Assembly: GCA_965649765.1 (NCBI GenBank)
Contig: OZ287749.1
Location: 58,590,001-58,654,000, forward strand
Direction of reading: 5' to 3'
Length of the DNA: 64,000 nucleotides
Source of the DNA: Bispira polyomma
Taxonomy: Eukaryota
In this document: positions 26,406 through 40,225 of the stretch, piece by piece
Position numbering within the stretch: the stretch's first letter is position 1
How the letters are laid out: every line of letters begins with the position of its first letter
Translations under genes and position numbers: made by a program
Notes under the pieces: generated by a model
What the model was told of the DNA's origin: nothing
What the model saw: only the letters and a program-made list of their open reading frames with translations
The model's database searches: none

Positions 26406-26474
26406 GCTTTGAATGAATACAATTCACAGGGCAATCAGCCATTAGTGTATGCTGTTAGACTGGGACAAATTGAG
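26406..26474 (+). CDS. Ankyrin-repeat gene exon 2
   Basis: ttcag|ALNEYNSQGNQPLVYAVRLGQIE|gtaaat, phase 0/0. Confidence 0.85.
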
Positions 26475-26877
26475 GTAAATGTTTAGCGGAGATCTTGGAA
26501 AATTTATGCTTATATACTGGCATTTTTACTATCTAAATTTCCCACTTGTACAAATGGTGTTTAGAAAGTACATTCTGGAAAATGAGAATCATATTTCGTT
26601 GAAGTCAATTACTAAAACATTCAAATACCACAAAAAGGTTTTGCTTTTATTGTTGTTGTCATCATATATGGTTAAAAACAAACCAGTCTGAATCTCTCTC
26701 AAAAAAATAGAGTACATGTGTATGTATGTCTACCTCCTGGTGGTTTACAGTGGCTTCAGCACTGGTTTCTCGCACCATTCTATCTGGCTGTCGTTGTATG
26801 ACCTAAGATGTTGAAAGCAACGTAAAGCCCTACTAAATTGAAATTCACCTCCCTGCTACATGAGTGCATGTATTGGT

Positions 26878-27045
26878 GTTAATGTCAATGTGTTTACTTC
26901 TATAGCGCCACAATCGATGAACAGGCATTCTCTGTGGGACTTATCCTAATAAGTGTGCAAAAGGATAGTCCAGTAGACGGAAAAAGGTTTGTGATCAGAG
27001 ATTCAGTCGTGACCAGCAGAAGTCTGCTAGAGTGGGAAAGCCGTG
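26878..27045 (-). mobile_element. 3'-UTR-only copy of LINE family B
   Basis: Reverse complement of 43210-43375 (ctgctggtcacgactgaa...gatcacaaaacctttt...ttgcacacttattagga...ctatagaagt). Confidence 0.8.
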
Positions 27046-27469
27046 AACCCTGTGATGCTTGTTTCGGTCTGAATGTATTGTAGCTCTGTTCACAATTACT
27101 GCAGAACCACTGTTATCTGATGAATTGTTATGAAGTTTTAACTTTGTACAAAGAATAGGAGACATTACAGACATTAACCAGTGCATCCTGAATAGTAAAT
27201 GCTTTTTACTGGTCTTTTTCCTCGTAAGGAGTATACAGGTGGGAAAAACTCAAGATGGTTTAAATTTGGGACGCTGAACCAGCATTATTTAACTTCCCTG
27301 AACCAGGATTATTTAATGAATGCCTAAAGTGTCTAATCTATGCCACAGAACCCATTTTCTTAAAATATTATGTTTACCAGCTTTACCCTCAGGTGTCCTA
27401 AATTAAAACCGTCCTGAGTTTTGGAGCAGCTGTGAACCTTTGGTATTAATTATCTTGGTGTTATTTTAG

Positions 27470-27594
27470 GCTTGTAAACTTCTCTTAGAAAAAGGTGTAG
27501 ATGTAAACAAACCTGATGCTAGACAGTACCACAGGACTCCATTACATCACGCCATCTATGGGGATAACTTGGAACTTTTCAGACTTTTGCTGAG
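27470..27594 (+). CDS. Ankyrin-repeat gene exon 3
   Basis: ttttag|ACKLLLEKGVDVNKPDARQYHRTPLHHAIYGDNLELFRLLL-R|gtaata, phase 0/2. Confidence 0.9.
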
Positions 27595-28911
27595 GTAATA
27601 CCCGATTTTTTATACAGTCGTCATTGACTTGACTTGTGAGTACAATATGGCATTTAACATTACACTACACAGTCACATGACTCACATCACACAGTCACAT
27701 CAAGATTAATATTCAAACATTTTCCCTAATTATAGCTATTGGACATATACAGTATATATATACTTATACAGACATATATTTGTAATAGTGTGAGTGACTG
27801 ACAAGTTCTAACGAATTACCTCAACGACATCCAGCAGTTTATGTTCTCAAACAAATAAAAGTTAGGAAGATGAATTAACAACATCAGACACAGTTGTCCA
27901 AAGCTTAAGTTTCTTCAGGTTCCTAGTTTTGATAAGTAGTGTCTCATAAGTAGTCCAAAAGGAGCCAATTATGTCTTTTAGCTACTAGGCTCCAAGCTCT
28001 TTTTTTATTTATTTACATTTATATATTAGATCTAGTCCAACTACTCTATTTAACCCTTCCCATGTCTACGGTTGTGTCTCCCCATATTTATGACCCTTTT
28101 ATGACACTCAGTTTTTGATTTTCGCCTAATGATTTTTGGGTTTAGTGCATTCCTAGTGAGTTCCTCTTTTTGAGGCAAATATTGGGCTACAAATACTCAG
28201 ATTTATTTAGACATCATGCAATTAAAATAGAAGTACAAAACATAACTGTGAATGTAATATATCATAATGAAAATCCTAGGATCTGTCTATGCTCCTTTCA
28301 GATTCCTCACTTGCATGGTTACTGTTTTGCCGCTGTAACTAACGCTATTGTAATGGCTGATGTGATATCATTGTATCGTTATCTCCTCATTGAAGTTTGT
28401 AAGCAAACATGAAACCTGTCTGCCAGGCACTGAGACACTGGATTAATCTTGCTTTACTCCAGTGTTGAAATGTTTATGGCTGAAATTTACACACTTCAAC
28501 CATCAAACGAGTGTTCAAGGTCATAGTATGTCTTTGTATACAAATAAAGTGAACATTTAAAGCCAGGAGAAAAACACTTCTTTATAGTATATTATATGGA
28601 AGAGTACTTATTGCCATGCACATGATTGTCATGTTTTAAATGGGTACATTGTGGCCTTCTATCTTTCCTACCTCTTCAGTACCTATGTTGAATCCATAAA
28701 AGTGCAGGCTTTACGTTTGTCATTCACTCTCAGATATGTGGGTCACCAAAACAAAAGATACATATACACTGTTTAAGTTTAACTATTTTTGCAAATGAAC
28801 TTTAATTGTGACAATAATTTTCATTGCATCTGTCTGGTAACTTACTGAGCCCCCACTGTGTGTGGCCGGGATGAACCAGTGTGATAATTTAGTTTTAAAC
28901 TTAACGAGTCG

Positions 28912-29027
28912 TTTCTTGGTCAACATTATTTTCCACCCAGCCAGTGAATTTACTAAACTTTTATATCTTTTCTTGGTCAACATTATTTTTCACCCAGCCA
29001 GTGAATTTACTAAACTTTTATATCTTT
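28912..29027 (+). repeat. ~58-bp tandem duplication
   Basis: tttcttggtcaacattattttccacccagccagtgaatttactaaacttttatatctt x2. Confidence 0.85.
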
Positions 29028-32000
29028 AGCACTGTGTGTTTCTTTTTAAGCCTGGATACTGGACTTATTTTTCAAGTTGCATACAAATGCTTTGCATTGT
29101 AGTGGCAATAGCAAACCTTCTTTCTATACAAAGTCTTGGTCTTAGCGGCCATATTGGATTTATGCAAATTAGGCATATTTCCGAAAGGTGTATTTGGTGG
29201 ATTGTTAGAATAATGATCTGGGGACCTCTCTAAGATGCATGGCAAATAAAAATTTTGGGGTGCAAGTTATGGTGGGTCAGACCTGAAAATGCCATAGATT
29301 GACTAGATCAGGAGGTAGACTTGGTCTCAGGTGGGTATCTTTCTCTACTGACACTTTGTTCTGAAGGGGGAGGGGGATGTCTTCTCTAATTCTCACAATA
29401 TTTAGACATAGTGCCAAGTGGGAGATTAGTGTGTCTGGTACATTAACGTCGCCTCTGAAACAATTCTGACCGGTGTAAATTGTAGATCATGTAGGTTTGC
29501 CTAGTAGTCGCTGGAGTAGTCGTGAAAGTGGTCAGAGGCCTTTACATAAGGAATAATTATACGTTTGACCACTTGATCAATAATAAATACGTCAAACTTA
29601 TAAGTTCTAACTGATAAAAGTCCACTTTACAGTTAAAACTAAAAGTTATGTACATGTATATCAATAAGAAATATAATTACACAATTTCCATATAAGAAAT
29701 GGAACTTTACACAATTTAGCATATAAAAATAGTTGATACAAGAAATAGATTGTTTAAGTTTAAAAAAATGTACATAGATTATTGTTTAATTCCGATCTAC
29801 TTTGGCAATCTTTGCTTGGTAAACATCACTTTCTTACATTTTGCATAACCAATATAATTCATGCAAGAATGATACCTTTGTAAATACGGTATCAGTTGAA
29901 CCTTTTAACAGGACCCATGTTTAGCTATGTTTACTAATGATCTTAAATAATGAAAGTATTTTTGGGGGGGTGAACAGTTAACTTTATATCAATCAAAGCA
30001 TTATTGCAGTAAAAAAGCTAAACAGTAAATGTATAGTTCTTGCAATTCTTAAAAAACAGTAAACAGTAGTGATATATTTTTTCTGCTCATTTTCAACCTC
30101 ATACAGTAATTTGCCAAAGAAACATTTGAAAGGTGCTCAAGAGACACTTTATACTGGTCATTGATACCTGAAGATATAAATGATCATTAGGAAAAAAGAC
30201 TGGTATTCTCAGGTATAGGTTCCATTAAAACATTCTAAAATTGTTTGCTGAAGAACTCTTCTTATTGACCTTTTAAATGGCACCTGACACATATGTAAAT
30301 ATTATGGATAATCATTTTTTGTTTTTGAAGTATTAATTGAAAAAAAAATCTAGTAGTTTATCTCCCACAGAAAAAAGTAAATATCTTTATAATGATTAGT
30401 ACTGAAAGACCTCCGTTAATAAATATTAAAAATTATCGTTGTTTTATGTCTTTTAGGTATGATTTGTGGTAGAAATGCACCATCATTATTTCCAAAAAAA
30501 ACAAGACAATCAAAGATTGTATTGAACCCCTGCCAAAATACAATGTTTTAATGAATGTGTCTGAGATAGTCAGATATCTAAAACTGAAAGCTTGATTTTT
30601 TTTCAAAGAAGTGATTAGAATTAGTGAATGTTTTCATGCAGGCTGTACATATGCTTGCATGGAAACACAAAATTGCGGATTGCTGTCGGCAGCTTTTTAC
30701 CTTTTTCCTCAAACCAGAAAGTGTTTAAAGTAATCTAAGCTCCACAGGGAGACTATTACATAACATAGGGGCAGGAATAGAGAAAGCTCTAGATCCTGCC
30801 CTCTTGGTAGGTTTAGGTTAGTAGTGGGGTCTATAATTTAGTTGAAATCACGCTCTTGCACCATTTCAAAGATATGAGTGATTTTCAATAATCAGAAAAA
30901 AAAATCTTTGGAACATTTGTTTATGACTTAGTAGTACCTATAGAGTTATCAAAATACAAGATGGCTGCCATAAATGTAAAATTGGTGACATTTGTCCACG
31001 ACTTTGGAGTACAACCTTAAGTTGGGTACAGCATTCATTGAAAATTGCTCTATTTTTTTAATATCAAACCATTTGGCTTTAGGGTCATAATGATATGTGT
31101 ATGTTTTAAAATTAAGAACTCCACAACATGTGATTGTTATGAGTTTGAAGTAGATTTTTACCATTGATGAAGATATGTATTAGCTTTTATCAGGTACACA
31201 AAATTTATTCTGATGCAATCTTGTTATTTCAAGCTTTTTTGTAATTAAAGATTTGTCTTTATTGAAACAGACACTCTTTCACTTTAGAATAACATGTTTT
31301 TCAGTTGCCACCATGAAAACAAAGAAATAAAAATTATCGCAACAAAGATCTAAGGTACTAACAAGTCAGAATACTATGTTATATTCTATAGTAAATCTTT
31401 CTTCACTTCATATTTTATCTTGCCAAAAATGTGCCTTACATTTCACTTGGTACTTAATGAGTCATTTAATAAATAGATTTATTTATTGATGACATAGTTA
31501 CAAAAGAATTGATTAATTAATCAATAGCCACTTTCTGAAAATTTTTGTTACTTCCTTGAAGAAAGACAGTAGTTTGGAGCCTTGGAGGTAGTCTAGTTGT
31601 CACAGTGATTGCCAAATTTTTTAAATGTATCTGTCTTTAGTCAAACTCTAAGCTACAGCATATGATCTGTTTTGTTACCTGGCTCCTGTGTCAATGAAAA
31701 ATTCAACTAGTACTCAGGACTTTTACACCAGGAAAGTATTGTGAGGAAACAAGTCACTCAAAGGTTATCAAAAAGAGCTGTAGACATGTATGAATTAAAA
31801 AGTTAAAATTTCTCATAATTTTAGTTGTACTTGGTGTCCTTTTTTATCAGGTACTGTCTGTTGTTGTTTTCATTCTAAAAAGGGCATCTTCAATAAAAAG
31901 GGCGCCGCCATCTTAGAAATATTATGTAAGGCCTTCATGGATTTCTTGAAAGCAATCTACCCGTCCAAACTAAGAGGAGTCGGAATTATTTTTATCAGGC

Positions 32001-32949
32001 ACAGCCTGCCTGAATATATCAACGTTAGTGTATTTCAAACTGTGCGTCTGAGTCTTTTTTAAAAGACCACTCTTGTTATATTTCTATCCACTTGTTATAT
32101 CAGTATTTACTCTTAGATATTTCATAAAAGTGTTTTTTTTTATTTTGTAGCCTAATCTTTGAGGTTGAATCAAAACATAAACTACCGGGGTGGTACATGA
32201 ATAATTATAAAATGAGATTTAAATCTGGTAATAAGGATTCCATTTAGATCAGATTTAATATTGGTTTCTTGTATTGACGGTGTATTAAATAAATATGTCA
32301 AGATGTCTCTATGGTATTATGAATATTCACACATTCAAACTTTAAAATTGTTATTATTTGAGGTAGGGGTATGTGAATTATGACTAAAATTTGAAAAAAA
32401 TCTTACTACATAATTATTTGATTAAGTTGATGGATAGACACAAAATCTCTGCATGAATTTCCAATTCTTCACTCATAAGAAAATGTTTATCTTTAGACGA
32501 AATAACCGGTCATTAACTCGTCTCAGTCAGTCTATCAAAACTGGATTTCCTAATTATATATTAACTGTTTATAAGTTGAAAGCAGGGTCATCTGGAACAG
32601 GACTTCTGTCAACGTGTGCCTCACTGTTGTTAGTCAGAACTCCATTTACTCATAGATTTTATTGGGGGATTCTTTCTGCCAGCCTTTGGTAATCTGGAAT
32701 CGTCAATACTGAAGGATTTAGACGTACAAGGGAAGGCTCTGGATCCATTAATTCTGTTTTTGAATAGACACAAATAGGACAGTGTTCTGTCCTTAACATT
32801 TAAGGGAGATTACTAAACAGTGGAAATAGTTGATTGTAAACATGTAAGAATGTATATTCCAATTGAATGTAGAAGATTTTATACTATATTACATTATATA
32901 AGTACAAGTATGATATTGTGTGATTATTACCAGTTGGGATGTAGTTTAA

Positions 32950-33246
32950 CCCTTTCAACCCTTAGAAGAAACTATTGCCTGTAACTGAAGGAAATGTTTT
33001 GGGTAAAAGGTTACAGATAGCTAGATTAACTAAAACACACACCACAGTATATTTCTGAGATTCAATAACGGCCTCACAGATTAAATTTTAAACAGGGATT
33101 CTATTGTACTAACAAAATTCCTATTGCAATGAACTGAAGGAACAAAAATTAATATTTTGGGGGTGTTGACTGCTTGCCGACTGATATAGGTTCTGGGAGT
33201 AAGGAATGCCTTCGGCTGCTACCCTACAACCTTGGGGTCAAAAGGG
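32950..33246. mobile_element. piggyBac-like MITE
   Basis: TTAA|CCCTTT...AAAGGG|TTAA. Confidence 0.65.
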
Positions 33247-35251
33247 TTAAGTATGTTAGGGTCACTAAAATGGAACCTAACCATAGTGCACATGTCGTTC
33301 AAATGAACATTTTGGCTAAGTTGCATCAATGATCACCAAATGGAGGTTTTACTATAGATACATTTACACATGTAGTGAATTGTAATGACACATGTTTTTG
33401 CTGCTGAACAAAGTATTTCTTTCATTTCAACATAGATTTGTTGCAGTCAAGTAACATTGGCTTGCATTAATTAGACTGAATGATCACATCCATTGAAAAA
33501 GACTACAGCATAGACTAGGTTATTTCTCTGTTTTCAGAACAAACCTTCTTGACGCATTTATTAGTTTAATTTTTCCTGTCAATTGGAAAACTGTTTTCTA
33601 ACGTTTAATGATAATTAAACGGTTAATATTTTACATCTATATAACTTAATATAGAATTTACTCAATAATATGTTATGAATTAACGCTTAAAACTTTGCTC
33701 TTCTCCCTAATAAAACAAATTTTTAAGCTGGTGTGGCCTATTATTCTGTACTGATTTAAACAAACTGTCACTGAATGATTCTCAGCCTAAGGTTTGTGTT
33801 AGCGATATACCTGTTAACATAATTGCCTCCAGAAAAAAAAGATTTAAATGATTTGTGTTAAACTTGCGATGATACTTATTTGCTAATAACATATATATAC
33901 ATATATGCTAATGAATCTGAGTGCTTTTCTAACACATTTCTGTGCATGTCTCTTCCACGAAAGCTTGTAATCCTAGTCTTGATTAGCACAGGGTGATTGG
34001 CACTCTGGCTCAGTTATTCTATGTGTGCTGTGTAATTGACTGACAGGGATCCGCTCTATAGCTAGGGACTGCCACTGAGATTTTTAATGTATATGTATTA
34101 ATTCCACCCGTTTAGCGGCAATCAATCCCCCCCACTCCCTCTGCATAAAAAAAGCTTGCACCATAGAAAAATGTGGGTATGTCAATACAGGTTTGATCTG
34201 CAGATAAATTGAGTGTTTTAATGTGCAGGGATAATGCCTCTAATATTGTATGCTTTATTATATATACATATAAATCTAAAGAGGATTATGAAGCAACCCA
34301 GGCCTAAAGTGTGGACTTTGTAGAATAAGCTAAAGAGACTTCTTCTTGTATATGGTTTTTGAATGTCTACATCGATCATTTTGTATATACATCTATATTT
34401 GTACATACACAATATACACACTGCTACAACAAATTCCCTGGTTACTGGATAATTTAAAATAAACACTTGGATTTCACTTGTAAATAGTTGTACTTGTTTA
34501 ATTTTTATCAGAGGAATTTAAACTCTAAACTTTAAAGTAAGTCTTGATGAACATGTTATTTGGATTGATGAGTTATTTTTGAAGATATTTCAACAGTCAA
34601 TGTGTAATCCATCTAAGTGTACTGTAACACATTTTTGGGGGTTCAAAATGGCTAGAAACTCATCCGATATTGATGAAATAAATTTAAAACACAGACATTT
34701 ATATATTTCAGATGTATTATGTAATCATGGGTCATATATGTATAATTTGTCTTGGTTTGTTAATTTTGTTTAAATTTAGGTTTAGTTGTAACTTGTACTT
34801 GACAAGACTCAGTTTCATATGGTGTGCGACATATAAATTGATTTAATTTTAATTAAGCCTCCTTTTAAAAGGTCAATCTAAAATAGTCTTATTATTTTAC
34901 TACTTAAAAATGTTCAAGCTTATTAATCAAATTAATGTTTTCAATAAAGTAATCCAGATGCCATACATTGCAAACGGAGAAACAGTTCTATTTGAGGTAT
35001 AAAAAAATGGTAAACTAGGTATCAGACATGTTACCCTGTACATTGTATAATGATTTTGACTTACTTTTTAAACCCAGATTACAGTTAAATGTGTGACTCT
35101 GTTTCCTGTTAATTTCAATGGCAGCCTGTTAGACATATAATGTTGTGGTTCTAAAGTCAACAAACCAGGAACTTGGTCACAAACATAGTATATGGTACCA
35201 GTGCATGTAAATATGGGTATAAGTTACTGTAAGTAGTAGTAAATATATATA

Positions 35252-37003
35252 TGTTACAGTAAATATCTGAAATCAGTAAATACACGTATTTACTGAAAAT
35301 TTCAGTAAATACGCGTATTTACTGATTTGGTCAGTAAATACGCTTAATCCCTAAAAATTTCAGTAAATACGCGTACTTACTGGTTTTGGGCCTGCATTAT
35401 TTCACAAGTTTACTGGTGGTCATTTCAGTAAACATGTGTAATGTGAAAATTTTACTTAAGGGTTTTATTAACATTTAAAAGATAAATATCATTGTTTGAT
35501 GAATTTATAAGTCTGTCTTATGCATATGATATACATGTAATATTATTTGGTGGTTTGTGTTTAAAGTTTTTAAAGTACTGAGTATCTGGATTTCGTTAGG
35601 TCACTTTAAAGCATTCAACATCACATGTATTTTGTATTTACATTATTGTGTACACAAGTGTATACAAATTGAACACTCTTATTTATTTTACATTTAAAAT
35701 AGAATAATGATAAAACTGTGAAAATTAAATATAATTTCAAATTACTATTTTATTAAATTAAGATTAAAGGTTATAAGGTACTAGTTTATAAAACTTTTTT
35801 TTGATATTTTGATATTATTGTAACCAGTTAACTGTGGCTTCTATAGCATCCAAATATCACCAAAGACTCAATTACATGTCTGTACTAGCTTTGAAAGTAA
35901 TGTAATGATTAGATAAACAGAACCTTTTACAAACACTTCTGATGTACCTGAAACTGTAAAATGTGGCTTCTGTGTAAGGTAAATCTCATGGAAGAGTCAC
36001 AATTGCCTATATTGGATGCTGGTCATCCAATTATTTATATGATATACGGGAAAGTTGAGATGTGGCTTATCAGTTTGAGAAATCTATTGGCCAGAATAAG
36101 AAGGTTCAAAATAATCACCCATTGGATTTGAAGTTAGCCATTAATTGTAATTATCACATACTATTGTCTATAGGTAAAGACTGCTTGCCTGCTATCAATT
36201 CTTTTACGATTTGTACATGCCATTTTGATTCAGTTGAACATAGATTCACTGCTAGTGCACATTTTCAACCACCTAATTTGACCCCAGCAGGAAAACTCAA
36301 GAAGTGGTGGACAAGGATTTACAAAATGTAACTGTAGTGAAAATTAATGCAAAAACAATATGCAAGTGTTATAAACCTAAACTGAAATGCAACAGCAGGT
36401 GCCACTCTAGTTTATCCTGTAAAAATAAATAATGAACTTACTATTACCAACCACTTATACATGTACATATTTTCTGTAATAATGTAATTAATTCATTGGT
36501 GTCATTTACTGCATGAAATATACCACATAACATGTAATGTATGAGAAAATGTCATTTATATGAGCAAATCTATTTCAAAAGTCATTTTCAGGTGTAAATA
36601 TATATTTTGAAGACTACTTGTAACGTATTGGTGTAATAAATTGAATGATATGTATAACATACAACTAGGATAGACAACATAATATATATGTATATGTAAT
36701 GTGCCTAAATAAATTGACCTAAATAAAGATGGACTCTTTAATAACTTAAAATCACCACTACCACATAATGATACATCATATGGATGAAAAAGACTTAATG
36801 TGGCTAGTTAATCATCACTTGAAGAATAATGAGACAATTCAGTAAATGCGCAAACTTACTGGACCCAAAAACCAGTAAATACGTGTATTTACTGAAATTT
36901 TTAGGGATTACGCGTATTTACTGACCAAATCAGTAAATACGCGTATTTACTGAAAATTTCAGTAAATATGCATATTTACTGATTTCACATATTTACTGTA
37001 ACA
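35252..37003 (+). mobile_element. Internally deleted Ginger2/TDD DNA transposon
   Basis: ~140-bp TIRs TGTTACAGTAAAT...ATTTACTGTAACA and a 4-bp TSD TATA on both sides. The relic at 36306-36432 (SGGQGFTKCNC...CKCYK..LKCNSRCHSSLSCKNK*) matches the Cys-rich C-terminus of KRBA2/SCAND3-like Ginger2 transposases. Confidence 0.88.
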
Positions 37004-38581
37004 TATACACTATGCATAGGATATGGATTTAGGGATACATCATCCTGATATAACACGATTTTGAAATACATGCAGTACATTTAAAAAAAAGTCACTTTTT
37101 TACGTTTACAATTTCAATGGAATTTACTTTCACCATTGGTCAATAACTACATGAAAGAACAACTGAAATTTTCACTTGGAATTAATTTTCAATGTTCAAC
37201 TATATCAGCGATAACAGATAAAAGTAAAATTTCCACAATTTTACATAGTATTTCATTGTTATTCGTCAATACTGTAATGGATATACAACTGTAACTTAAT
37301 ACCATTGTCCTCGATATTGAGTGTAATAGAATCAGTTGTTTAACCAATGATTAGAGTAACAGGTTAATAATGTTCATTTGCTGGAGAATTCCGATTAGTT
37401 CAAACATCAAGGTGATTAAACTTTAAGGGTAGAACACTATGGTGCATACAATATTTACAGTGTCAAAAAGCACGTTACTATGAGTCGTAAAAGTCTCTTG
37501 CTTTACCTACAGTGTTAACTAAAGATTCAGCAGATTTATTGCGTAAGTGCAAATTTTAGCTAAAATATAGGTAATTTACAATTTTCCTGAAAGGGTTAAT
37601 AAAATTTTTTAATCACTTGAGGTTAATTTCTGTATTTAAGATCATTAGTGACAATAGGTAACATTAAATGGTAGTGAATATTATCACATACATTTAACCT
37701 CCTTTAAGAGACCAGGAAAAATACCTCTTTCTACTTAAGCAGGATTTTCACTTAACAGAGTAGATTTTTAATGATAAAACCATTATGTAACTAAAAATGT
37801 TTCTCCACATAAATTTAGAAATTGAGTTAACAGTTTAACTTAAAGCGGTTTGACTGTTTACAATATTAAACAAAACTCATCACTCTGTTCGAGATGTATT
37901 TCATGTATTTTCAAGGCTTATGTCAGCTTTATATTCAATTTAAATGTTTGTAATGGTAATTCTTTTCAAATCAGTCTCAAAGTAAACTATATTGTAATAC
38001 AGCTAAATGTTTGTTTTCTTCTTATGGTTGAAACCAGTGCTTAATTTTCTGAAATTTATTAAGAATTCCATAAATTTTATCGTAAAATTTTATATTAAAG
38101 TTTAAATTCAATTTAACAATTATGAACACACATACACTTACTGTTCAAAGTGTTTCAGATAAGTAGTGTTATCCTGTAATGTAAAACTATTACACAGTTA
38201 CACCCATCAGAGTAAACCTATGTTAACTCGATTTTACCATTTATTTGGAGACAAATCTGTAATAGAACAAAAGCCTTTTTCTTTTAAAATCCTGCTTAAG
38301 TAGAGATCTTTTTCCTACTCCCTGAAAGTTTGACTTAAAGGGGTTCAACTGCATGTGTCATCTTATGTTAGTGACAAAAGTGACTTTCTAGGCCAATATT
38401 CTCCAATTATCTCAAACTCAATTCAGACACAACTCTGAGGTCTCCTTACCTATCTAGTGAGAACAGAGACACATGAGATCTGACTGTATATATACGAATT
38501 CAGCACTAAAAGCTCCTATAAAATGAATGGTCACTTTTACAGGTTATTTCTCTAAAAATACAGAGTCAAGACGGTTACATA

Positions 38582-38761
38582 CAGTCAAACCTGCTCGAAA
38601 GACCACCTCTATAGACAGACCACCACATCTGTACAAAGACAACAATTACATATCTCAAGACTAAATGTTTGGTAATATTTAACATCTATTATAAAGACCA
38701 CCTGTCAATAAAGATCCCTTTTGGGGTCACCTTGGTTGGTCATTATATGCAAGTTTCACTG
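38582..38761. mobile_element. Tc1/mariner-pogo-like MITE with internal AAGACCAC repeats
   Basis: TA|CAGTCAAACCTGC...GCAAGTTTCACTG|TA. Confidence 0.7.
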
Positions 38762-38783
38762 TAATTGTGTCATTATTTGTCAG

Positions 38784-39015
38784 ATATGGAGCCCGTGCTG
38801 ATGTTGCAGATAACAACAAGAAGTGTGTGATCCACAAAGCCGCCTGTGTTACTGATATTTCCTACTTAAAAGCAATCCTCGACAACATGGTTCAGGAGGG
38901 AGGGGCCAAAAATAAAAAGGGCAAAGGGGGGAAAAAAGGCAAGAAAGGAGAGGGTGATGGGACGTCACAGGCCTCTGGGACCGGAGCCGACAAGGATGAA
39001 ATGATGGCTGTACAG
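38784..39015 (+). CDS. Ankyrin-repeat gene exon 4 (with a Lys/Gly-rich insertion)
   Basis: gtcag|A completes Arg. YGARADVADNNKKCVIHKAA...KNKKGKGGKKGKKG...AVQ|gtgaat, phase 2/0. Confidence 0.88.
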
Positions 39016-40030
39016 GTGAATTTATAACTCTACAACAAGTGGACATTTAAGCTGAAAGAATATATTCACTTATTTTGAATTTTTTTGAGAAGTTCACTGA
39101 AATACTTTTCATATTGTCTTCATATTTTGCTCAAATATTATTTATTACAAGTTCAATATTCACCGTTTAATTATTTTTTACTATCCTAACTCATTAGCTA
39201 AAGTAAATTCCTGTTGAAAATTTTCACTTATACAGTAAAATGTTCTTGAAATTAACCAACTCAAGACATGAATTGTTTTGATGTAACAGTCAGTAGATTG
39301 TATTTTCATTTCACATGTTGAACACATGTTTTATATATGAATGTACATAGCCGGTAAATCATAATTCGATATATCTCATTACGTCCATAAAGGCTTTCCA
39401 AATAATGTGGCTACCAGTTTACATTATTTGAAAAATAACTATATTTCTTATAACATGTATATTTGGGTAAATTTTTTAATAAATGGAGCAAAGTGTATTT
39501 GTTGGAAATGTATACAAGTAGAAATGTACATTATTTTTCAATTAATTGCAATATGTGGCTAACTTTATTACCTATAGAGTTAAAATGTAGCCACATTATG
39601 TGGAAAAGTCTGTATTAACATATTCAATCAGTCAAAATAACTGGTAAATCTGCCTTAAGTTTGTTGTGTCCAAATACCAGGGAAGTAAGTACCAGTTTCC
39701 TGTATCTCTGTTGTTAGAACGAAGAGGGCGCCACTGCTCTGATGTTGGCATGTCAGAGGGAAGAGGAAGACCATGTCAGGGCCTTACTGGAAAAAGGGGT
39801 GAAAGATGCTGTGTTTTCATTATACCTTTATACGGCAGTGTGATAACCTTGCTCGAAGTGCCAAGTTATTCTTATTTTGACTGCACTTAAAGTACTCCTG
39901 ACCTAGTAACAGTATCACTGTCATTCCCCTAACCACTAGGGTTTTGGCACAGTCGGTACATGTATAAGTATACAGGTTATTCCCATTTCCCATATGTGTA
40001 CTTGATATTAGTTTTTGAAGAATACAGACC

Positions 40031-40225
40031 CTGGGGCAGTATTCACTAACAGACTTAAGCCAAGTCTTAGGCTTAAATTTAGAATACCTCTGTGCTTGAT
40101 TTATGCTTATGACTTGGCTAAGTCAGTTAGTGAATATGGGCTCTAGGATGAAATCTGGTATGCTTTTGTGCTAGATTTAAGCCTATAGAAGACTTGGCTA
40201 AGTCAGTTAGTGAATACGGCCCTGG
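40031..40225. mobile_element. Palindromic MITE plus a duplicated half copy
   Basis: Same family as 1668-1780. Confidence 0.7.

Noticed and set aside
27110-27130. CTGATGA hammerhead ribozyme core (also at ~40958)
   Set aside because: I could not find the flanking stems and a correctly placed GAAA/cleavage triplet.
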